From Nanobdellota archaeon (GTDB taxonomy: Archaea > Nanobdellota > Nanobdellia > Woesearchaeales > GW2011-AR4): DNA of 64,000 nt. The stretch spans positions 32,001 to 96,000 of the forward strand of contig JBBSWH010000006.1 of assembly GCA_038046385.1 (NCBI GenBank). Direction: 5' to 3'. Made by a program: the position numbers and the translations under genes. Below the pieces are notes generated by a model, which saw nothing but the letters and a program-made list of their open reading frames with translations, was not told the origin of the DNA and searched no databases. Shown in pieces: positions 56,966-64,000 of this stretch (positions are counted from its first letter, which is position 1; the number at the start of each line of letters is the position of its first letter).

Positions 56966-58015
56966 TTAGCTTGTTGATTCGAGCTTCACAAGCAAAGGAC
57001 GTTCGTCAATTGTCCTGTAGCCGTATGAGAGTCTTATCAGTAATGGGCTTGTGTAAGATGAAACTTTGTTGCTGTAGGAAGAATCTGACAATTCACATAT
57101 TACATATCCCTCGCCGTTTATCATCCTTATCAAGCCGCTTGAAGATTTTACGTTGTTGCTGCCTGCAGGCTCTCCTGTGAACGGGCCGCAGTCCAACGGG
57201 GTGTTGGCTAGCATTACAGAGTCCAATCTTACTTTATCAATATCTTCTCTGTCAAGTTTTTCCGTTCCTATTGGATTGCATTTTTCCAGTGATTTTGTAT
57301 CATCATTGGAATCTATCTTTAGAACATCTCCTTTTCCAAGGTTTCTTATTGTGATTTTAAACTGGGTTTTTCTGGCAAATGCCTGCTCCTCAATTGAAAC
57401 AACTGCAACTGGCGCTCCTTGGCTGGATAATGAAGTATCATGCACTTCACACACTTTTCTTTCGCCTGTTGTCGAGTAAGGGTTTGGATCGATGCAAACT
57501 GATGGGCCGGCAACGGTCTCGTAATAATAGCATGCTGTTGCCCTCAAGGTAGGCTCGTATCTTTCTACATTAAGGTTTGCGCTTTTTACAGTGCCAATAA
57601 AACTTAGAATGTCCTGTCCACCATTTGGATTGATGGTGCTTTTTCCTTCGACAGCCATCTTTGTCAAGTCACCATAATATGCAGATGCTGATGACTCTTT
57701 TGGCTTGATTTCTATTATGTTAGTATCGTATCCGCTTAAGTATACTTTTCCAAACTTCATGCTCCCATCTTCTGGCTGCGGATATGCTCCTTTGTTAAAG
57801 ACTTGAAGAACTATTGGAAAAGTATTTATTGTATCATCTCCTGTTTTCTCCACGTGTATGTCTATTGGCGGGTTGTTTGCAAGGAAATATGCATTAATTG
57901 CATCGGTTCCTGTCCTTATTTCTTCTAGGGATTTCTTAACATCTTTCTTGCCGCTGCATCCAGAAATAACAATTAATGCAATAAACAATGCCAGAACAAT
58001 GCTATTTAGCTTCAT
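56966..58015 (-). CDS. Putative lipoprotein, paralogue 2
   Basis: ISG-C; ACYYYET, CIDP, QGAPV, SPL.I.L.YGY. Confidence 0.78.
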   Translation of the reverse strand: MKLNSIVLALFIALIVISGCSGKKDVKKSLEEIRTGTDAINAYFLANNPPIDIHVEKTGDDTINTFPIVLQVFNKGAYPQPEDGSMKFGKVYLSGYDTNIIEIKPKESSASAYYGDLTKMAVEGKSTINPNGGQDILSFIGTVKSANLNVERYEPTLRATACYYYETVAGPSVCIDPNPYSTTGERKVCEVHDTSLSSQGAPVAVVSIEEQAFARKTQFKITIRNLGKGDVLKIDSNDDTKSLEKCNPIGTEKLDREDIDKVRLDSVMLANTPLDCGPFTGEPAGSNNVKSSSGLIRMINGEGYVICELSDSSYSNKVSSYTSPLLIRLSYGYRTIDERPLLVKLESTS

Positions 58016-58091
58016 GCAGGATGTTTTCCATGTTTTTGTATATAAAGTTTGTTAATTCTGTTGTATTTTACAAAAGATTTTTGATTTGTGC

Positions 58092-58196
58092 GGTTAGTAT
58101 CGGGCTCAGGCTATCTGTAAGTTTAGAATACATGACATGTCGTAAATCGAAGATTTACGATTACCCAGAAAATGCCTTCGCATATTGATGCTAACC
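58092..58196. repeat. Intergenic fold-back element with TC/TC internal-loop module
   Basis: GGTTAGTATC/GATGCTAACC ends; GC-TC-AGGC...GCCT-TC-GC; inner TCGTAAATC-GAA-GATTTACGA hairpin. Confidence 0.7.
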
Positions 58197-58200
58197 TTGT

Positions 58201-59238
58201 TCAATGCCTTAAAGGCTTCTGCAGCAAGAAGTTTGCAGTAACAGTTTGTATATATCCGTAATCCACTTCTATCCTCAATGGTGAAGTGTAAGCATCCAGG
58301 TTTCTTGGGACTGGCTGTGTGAATGTGCATCTTATGAAATCTTTGTTATCTCTAAATCTTAAGAACCCTTCAAGCTCATTTTGCGCAACTTCTTTTTCAG
58401 GACATTCTCCGTTTTTGTTTGGGCAGCACTGTAGCTGGACTTCTCCGTTTTTGCCGGAAGCGAATGCTTTTACAGAACCGACATTCCAGATGTTATCCTT
58501 TTGCATGTTTGTTGCTGCATTATCTGTTTTATCACAAACATTCTTATATTTTATTTTGTCAACGGGAATTCCGTTTGCTTTATTTTCTATGTAGATTAAA
58601 AACTGCGGCCTTATATTTTGGTTGTCAACTTCAGGAACCATAACCGGCTCTATTTTTGTTATTGCAATCGGAGCGCCTTGTCCTCCGGATAATGAAATGT
58701 CTTTTACTGCGCAGATTTTTTTGCCGGGCCTTAACCCGACAACATCGGGGTCTATGCACATTGTTGCGCTTAAAGTTGTCTTGTAAGGATAGCATAATGT
58801 TGCCGTTAACAATGAATTTTTTGATTCGCTCTGCTCTTCTAAATTTCCTGTTTTTGCTGTTGATGTGATTACAACTTCGTCACCGGCCTGATTAAAATTT
58901 GTTTTTCCAGCTATGCTGAATGCTACCTGGTTTTCGCTGGCCTGATATATTCCGTTGCTATCATCAAATGTTATTGATGGGATGTAATCTTTCTCAAATC
59001 CGATTGCTATTCTTCCTTCATTGTTCTGTATGTCATATGTGCCTGAATTCCTTATTTTTAGCCCGATAGGAAAAGCACTTTTTTCAAATACTTTTGCAGG
59101 AGGTGCGTTTGGAAGAAATTCTGCTATTAATCCAGAAGTTCCTGTGTAGACATTAACGGTCTTGCTTGTTGTGGATGTTCCGCAGGCTGCAAGCAAGAAT
59201 ACTAAAATAAAAATCAAAGCGAAATTTTTTTGTTTCAT
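58201..59238 (-). CDS. Putative lipoprotein, paralogue 1
   Basis: LAA-C; LCYPYKT, CIDP, QGAPI, SPL.I.V.YGY. Confidence 0.78.
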   Translation of the reverse strand: MKQKNFALIFILVFLLAACGTSTTSKTVNVYTGTSGLIAEFLPNAPPAKVFEKSAFPIGLKIRNSGTYDIQNNEGRIAIGFEKDYIPSITFDDSNGIYQASENQVAFSIAGKTNFNQAGDEVVITSTAKTGNLEEQSESKNSLLTATLCYPYKTTLSATMCIDPDVVGLRPGKKICAVKDISLSGGQGAPIAITKIEPVMVPEVDNQNIRPQFLIYIENKANGIPVDKIKYKNVCDKTDNAATNMQKDNIWNVGSVKAFASGKNGEVQLQCCPNKNGECPEKEVAQNELEGFLRFRDNKDFIRCTFTQPVPRNLDAYTSPLRIEVDYGYIQTVTANFLLQKPLRH

Positions 59239-62200
59239 TTAATATCCCTGACCAGGTGGTGCGGTGCTTGTCTTGTGTCCTGACAATCCTATTCGCGCCC
59301 AGTCAAAATTTGGAGATGGGTCCCATTTTCCTTCTGTAGATGCCTGGAAATGTCCGAGAACATGCTCGTTGTCTATTTTAATTGATGAACGTCTGCTTGC
59401 AATGTCATTAATCAGGCTGCTTATTGAAGCGTATTGGGCATCTGTGAACTGCATATCTTTGGTTCCTAAATTTACTATTTCTATTCCGATAGATCTTGAA
59501 TTCCAATCTTCTGCGTGCCATGCATTTAGGCTTTCGTCAACAATATAGTATATTGCCCCATCCCTATCAATAATGTAATGAACCGACAATCCTCTGGTTT
59601 TCAGTGTGTTAAATGTTGTTTGTGCTGCGCTGTCTGCCGTGTGGTGCAGAATTATTCTATCTACTGCAACACTTAATCTTTGGCCTGAATTCAACTGCCC
59701 AAAATAAATATCAGAAACCGGAATGCCTGGAGTTGTTATTGATGCAGATACTTCTTTTGTGGAATCTGGAGGTGAATAAACTGATCCTGAACTAGCTGCC
59801 TGTTTATTTAATGCGTCATATGTTTTTAGAACATCTTCAACATAGTTATTATTCCCGGTTGCACCCCACCCGTTATATGCCCTTAAAGCTGCCTGCCAGC
59901 CTCCGTAGTATCTGCTTGTTGAGGTTCCTCCTGTAAATTCATATTCGCATTTGCTGTTTGTGCATCTTCCCATGCACTGTCGCGATGCGCAATAGTTTCT
60001 TGAGTGGAAAGGATGCTCACAATCTAATCCAGAACTACAGGCGCCCTGATTGAATAAGTTATATTTTGATTTTAATACTTTTATTCCACAATCGACATTA
60101 GATTCTGGATTTGTATTGAAATCATCTTTGCAGTTGGTTCCCTTTGCCGTGCCTCCTAGTATTTGCATAAGTCCGTAGGATGCATCATTTAGTTTTGGCT
60201 CTTGTCTTATTGCGTCCGGCTTCCATGATGACTCTTTTTCAATTATTGCTTTTGTTAATAGATAAGATACATCATTCTCCTGAGCCAAACGGTTTACCAT
60301 TGGGCTGTATTTTACTTCGTTTGCATTCTTAGAGTTAATGTATATGTTTGTTCTTACTGCTGTTTTTGTAACTGCAACTCCTGGCTCTGCTGCTGCTTCT
60401 GGAGTTGTCGGGGTTCCTTCATAAGACGGCAAAGTAGTGTCTGCTTTTTTTGAAGGATTTAGCTCGACAACAACATTAAATGTCTTGTCAAGATAGTAAT
60501 CGTATCTTGCTTTTATCCTGAAATATCTTGTTGTTATAGGAGTATTATCTAGAACTTTAGGGTCTATATCTAGTCTGCATCTGAATGTCTTGAATCTGTC
60601 AAAGTCTTTGTAATTTGTATCGTTTTTTATTAAACTTGTATCAAGCTGGTATCCGGTATAATCTTGACCGTTATCTGTGGTTTTTGTTTCTTCGTTCTTG
60701 AAAAGGGATTTGCACTCTTTCTGGCATTTTGCAAGGGATGATTCACAGTCCTTGCAGTCTGAACTGTCCTTAGCATTTTCTCTGCAAGATGCCTGCTGAC
60801 ACGGAAGCCCTACATTATTATCACAAGAGTCTGCGCAATTTTTATCAGTAAATGGCTTGAATTTAACAGGACCGCAATCGGAATTGCTGCCGTCTTCTGT
60901 CATTAGCTTGTCGTCTGTTGTAGCAACTTCAACTCCTTTTGGCAAAAGCAGTATCAATTCCCTTATTTGTTTTATTTTTCCTTCCCATTCTCCGACTGCC
61001 TTGCCGTCCTTATCTGTTATCTTGTTTCTGTTTTCAAGAGCTATTCCAAAGCTTGGCTTAAAGTCTTCTGCATCAGTGACGGTCAAAAGATAGCTTGAGT
61101 CTGTCTGCGGCATGTCGGTTGCTATTTTAACCGGTCCGTTGGTGTATATTGCAACCGGAGTTTTGTCTGTTATTCCAAATTCCTTGAGCGGATTAAGATT
61201 TTCCCTTATCATTGACCTATATCGGTCTTTGTCCATGAAGTAAACCTTTTGATATGCGTTTGTCTCAAAATTATATTGTGCATTGAGAGTTATTTTGCTG
61301 GTGCCTATTGGAAGGTTTGTGCCACGGCCTTGGCTAAATGTGCATTCAACATCTTTTTCCTCTGATGTGTAAACTGTAAACGGAAGGCTTGGGTAAAGTG
61401 TGTCGAGAGGCCCTGTCAATATTCTGTTGCTGCCCTCCCATCTTGCACAAATAAATTTAACATTTGCTGGATCACTTAAAGTTCTTGATTTTATCGTGCC
61501 CCATATCGTGACTGGCTCGTTGTCATAGAACTTCGGCTGTGCGACCCTTATACGATCAAAATAAACTCCAAGAGGTTCGTATTGGTTATTTTCCACATTG
61601 CCAAAGAATTGGTCGGAATAGCCGCCGGTGGCTGTGGATATCCCTACATTTATAGAAGTCTTAATCTGGGAAAAAATAGTATCGAAGAATGCTGCCATAT
61701 CAGGACGGCCTGTTTTTGGAGTGTAATCAAGAGTAGCTCCTCCATCACTGCCTTGATAGCTCCAAGCCTGCAAACTTAGTATTAGGATTAGTGTTACTAT
61801 AAAGATAAATGTTGTCAGGGCGTAAGCACTTTCTGTTTTTGCATAACAGTACCAAACTACAAAGATTACTAAAATAGGGATGAATTTTGTCCAGAGGTAA
61901 CTTGTGCTGTACAACCACCCGTATCCAAAAAAGTCTACTACCAGCAGCAGCATTATCAGTATGTAAGTGAATTCTTTGCTTTCCCTTTTTTGTATATAAG
62001 AAAAACCAAATGCCAGTATGAATATCATATGAACCCATGCCCTAAAATTATGCATCCATCCGTCATTGACCCAAAAAAAAGAGAAGAAGAAAATCAGAAC
62101 TAATCGAGTAAAAAATGTAGGTATTTGTGCGCCTGCTTTTTTGTCAAATCTGTATGCCAGGTAAGCAATTCCGATAAAAATGAGTGCTATCAGTATTATA

Positions 62201-62976
62201 ACAATTACACGAAGCAATCCGCCCGGTATGTTAATCGATAGATGGGCGCTAAACATATCAGGAAAATATTTTGATATGAGCTGGTTGCTTATCAGTATAA
62301 TAGCAAAACCAAGAAGAAAACTAATATGGTCTTTGTTTATTATGTCAAAAATCATGTTTATGTAAAAAAGTGCGAAAACAAATCCGGAAGTGAATATTGC
62401 CCACCATCTTAAATCCCATATTCCGTTTATCAAAGGTATTTCAAATCCTGCCCACGGCGGCCCAAGGGCATTTTGAAGGCTATTTCCTATTACAGGTATC
62501 CATTCCACAGGAAACATATCAAAAAACCATATCAGAAGCGCAACTGAGACAACTATTTTAGTTGAGTCGTTTGTTTTTAATCCTGTAACCAAACCATAAC
62601 TGATGAAAATGAGAAATACCGCAAATGTTATGATAAACATAGCCAATTTCATAAAGTTCCAGTACCAAGATGAAAAAATAAGAAGAACAATTGCAATTAT
62701 TATCAAAGATACAGTATGACTGCTTGATTTAAGCTCTATGGTCGGAATATTAATATTGAAAAGTCCAGAACCTTTTCCCCTTGCTTCTTTCGGCTCGTCG
62801 GATGAATCCTCTTCTGTATCTTTATTTCTTAATTGATTTTTTTTCTTTTCTATTCTTGCCTCTCTCTCATCATCTTTGATTCTTTGTCTTGCTTCTTCTT
62901 CTAAAAGAGCATCTTCTCTAGTTTCTTCTGTATCATCAACCCTATTTCTTCCCCTTATCCTATCAATTATTCCCAT
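59239..62976 (-). CDS. Multi-TM protein with extracellular domain, lytic transglycosylase (SLT/GH23) and N-acetylmuramoyl-L-alanine amidase (amidase_2)
   Basis: About 10 or more TMs; AIIEKESS, GLMQI, AYNG (SLT); IILHHT, SVHY.I, AWHA, NSRSIGIE, GH, K.DP (amidase_2). Confidence 0.88.
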   Translation of the reverse strand: MGIIDRIRGRNRVDDTEETREDALLEEEARQRIKDDEREARIEKKKNQLRNKDTEEDSSDEPKEARGKGSGLFNINIPTIELKSSSHTVSLIIIAIVLLIFSSWYWNFMKLAMFIITFAVFLIFISYGLVTGLKTNDSTKIVVSVALLIWFFDMFPVEWIPVIGNSLQNALGPPWAGFEIPLINGIWDLRWWAIFTSGFVFALFYINMIFDIINKDHISFLLGFAIILISNQLISKYFPDMFSAHLSINIPGGLLRVIVIILIALIFIGIAYLAYRFDKKAGAQIPTFFTRLVLIFFFSFFWVNDGWMHNFRAWVHMIFILAFGFSYIQKRESKEFTYILIMLLLVVDFFGYGWLYSTSYLWTKFIPILVIFVVWYCYAKTESAYALTTFIFIVTLILILSLQAWSYQGSDGGATLDYTPKTGRPDMAAFFDTIFSQIKTSINVGISTATGGYSDQFFGNVENNQYEPLGVYFDRIRVAQPKFYDNEPVTIWGTIKSRTLSDPANVKFICARWEGSNRILTGPLDTLYPSLPFTVYTSEEKDVECTFSQGRGTNLPIGTSKITLNAQYNFETNAYQKVYFMDKDRYRSMIRENLNPLKEFGITDKTPVAIYTNGPVKIATDMPQTDSSYLLTVTDAEDFKPSFGIALENRNKITDKDGKAVGEWEGKIKQIRELILLLPKGVEVATTDDKLMTEDGSNSDCGPVKFKPFTDKNCADSCDNNVGLPCQQASCRENAKDSSDCKDCESSLAKCQKECKSLFKNEETKTTDNGQDYTGYQLDTSLIKNDTNYKDFDRFKTFRCRLDIDPKVLDNTPITTRYFRIKARYDYYLDKTFNVVVELNPSKKADTTLPSYEGTPTTPEAAAEPGVAVTKTAVRTNIYINSKNANEVKYSPMVNRLAQENDVSYLLTKAIIEKESSWKPDAIRQEPKLNDASYGLMQILGGTAKGTNCKDDFNTNPESNVDCGIKVLKSKYNLFNQGACSSGLDCEHPFHSRNYCASRQCMGRCTNSKCEYEFTGGTSTSRYYGGWQAALRAYNGWGATGNNNYVEDVLKTYDALNKQAASSGSVYSPPDSTKEVSASITTPGIPVSDIYFGQLNSGQRLSVAVDRIILHHTADSAAQTTFNTLKTRGLSVHYIIDRDGAIYYIVDESLNAWHAEDWNSRSIGIEIVNLGTKDMQFTDAQYASISSLINDIASRRSSIKIDNEHVLGHFQASTEGKWDPSPNFDWARIGLSGHKTSTAPPGQGY

Positions 62977-63074
62977 TGTATTTTGAATATAGCACTATAG
63001 AATTCTCCTTATGTCACCTCTTCTTTTTAAGCAATTCGCTTTTATGGGCTATGTAGAAAATCTCGCCTTGCTCG

Positions 63075-63181
63075 GCTGCCATCGTTCGCATGTTATTGTT
63101 TAGCTAAATGGCAAAAATTCCCACTGGAACTTCCTTTTTGCCTGATGTTAAATTTTATGATGCTCACGATTTGATGGCAGC
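63075..63181. repeat. Dispersed fold-back element, copy D, nested in an outer 14-bp IR (63048-63198)
   Basis: GCTGCCATC/GATGGCAGC ends (compensatory versus A-C); outer GCTATGTAGAAAAT/ATTTTCTACATAGC. Confidence 0.88.
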
Positions 63182-63218
63182 TTCATTTTCTACATAGCTG
63201 AAAGCAATAAATATGAAA

Positions 63219-64000
63219 TTACTGGACTTCTACCCTTAACTGCGCCACTTCAACATCCTCAAGCGGCTCAAGGGTTATGTAGTTGTTGCCAGATGTTAAT
63301 CTGTTTGCAATGCTCTTTGAAAAGGTTCCCTTTGATGTTTCAACTGTCTCAAGCTTGCCGTTTATATCCATCTTAAGCCTTTTCTGATCCTGCGAGTTGG
63401 TAAATTTCATGGAAACAAGAACGTCTGTGCCGTCCTTTATTTCATTATATAGTTCTGGGCTTACATCAAAGAAATATGTCTTTGCCTTTGTATCCTTAAA
63501 CTCCAATGATGCGCTTATCTGCTCAACGCTGTAACTTCCCTTGTTGGTCTTGAATATTATGTTGTTGGAGCCTTCATTAAGCAAGGATTTTGGAACACTT
63601 TGCTTATATGGCCTGTCGCAGACCGGGACTGATGAAAATAATTTCTTGTCATTTACGAATATGTCCAATAATCCCAATTCATTTATGGAGCTGCAGTATG
63701 GAGTGAACTTCAAAGTTACTTTATCCAGGCTTGCAAATTCTGATTCCGTTATCTCAAACACGTTATTTGACTCTTGCTTTGTCCTATCAGTAATATCGCC
63801 GATAATTCTTACATTCTCAAATCCATATTCGTTTGTTGTCCAAAATTTTAATCCGACTGAAGATACGCTGAATTCGAGCGTGTTTGTTTTTGACAAAAGT
63901 CCTTTGTCGAGCTTGACTGGCTCTGTTATTGAGTTTGTTATTTCATTCTCAAAAATTATCTGATCGTTTAGCTTTACTGTAAGGACTCCCTGTTTTTTCT
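63219..64000 (-). CDS. Hypothetical beta-rich protein, 3' part; truncated by window edge
   Basis: Frame stays open past 63896 to the window end; repeated L..G.N.I.F/L beta-sandwich motifs. Confidence 0.7.
   Translation of the reverse strand, partial: KKQGVLTVKLNDQIIFENEITNSITEPVKLDKGLLSKTNTLEFSVSSVGLKFWTTNEYGFENVRIIGDITDRTKQESNNVFEITESEFASLDKVTLKFTPYCSSINELGLLDIFVNDKKLFSSVPVCDRPYKQSVPKSLLNEGSNNIIFKTNKGSYSVEQISASLEFKDTKAKTYFFDVSPELYNEIKDGTDVLVSMKFTNSQDQKRLKMDINGKLETVETSKGTFSKSIANRLTSGNNYITLEPLEDVEVAQLRVEVQ

Overview
Chromosomal segment of a DPANN archaeon, most consistent with Woesearchaeota/Nanoarchaeota (fused PriS-PriL primase, archaeal TFS/PCNA/RFC/FEN1/Hef/Hjc/PAN, GyrA, TATA boxes about 30 nt upstream of leaderless starts). 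It is mostly housekeeping genes plus two intron-containing tRNAs (Leu-CAA, Gly-CCC), a TA pair and a disrupted glycosyltransferase. I found no CRISPR array, rRNA or transposase. Four things stand out. (1) An envelope cluster at 55.9-63 kb: three paralogous lipoproteins plus a 1245-aa membrane protein ending in a lytic transglycosylase and an amidase_2, i.e. peptidoglycan-degrading domains in an organism whose lineage is not known to make peptidoglycan. (2) Four dispersed 107-159-bp intergenic fold-back elements with compensatory changes, whose TC/TC (GA/GA on the other strand) internal-loop module recurs in sequence-unrelated hairpins. (3) An exact 11-mer, CACTGGACATC, 22 bp before the TATA box of three nuclease genes. 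(4) Two tandem type IV pilin-like genes with a 164-bp identical 5' end but unrelated C-terminal adhesin-like domains. All calls come from manual motif reading; no database searches were run.
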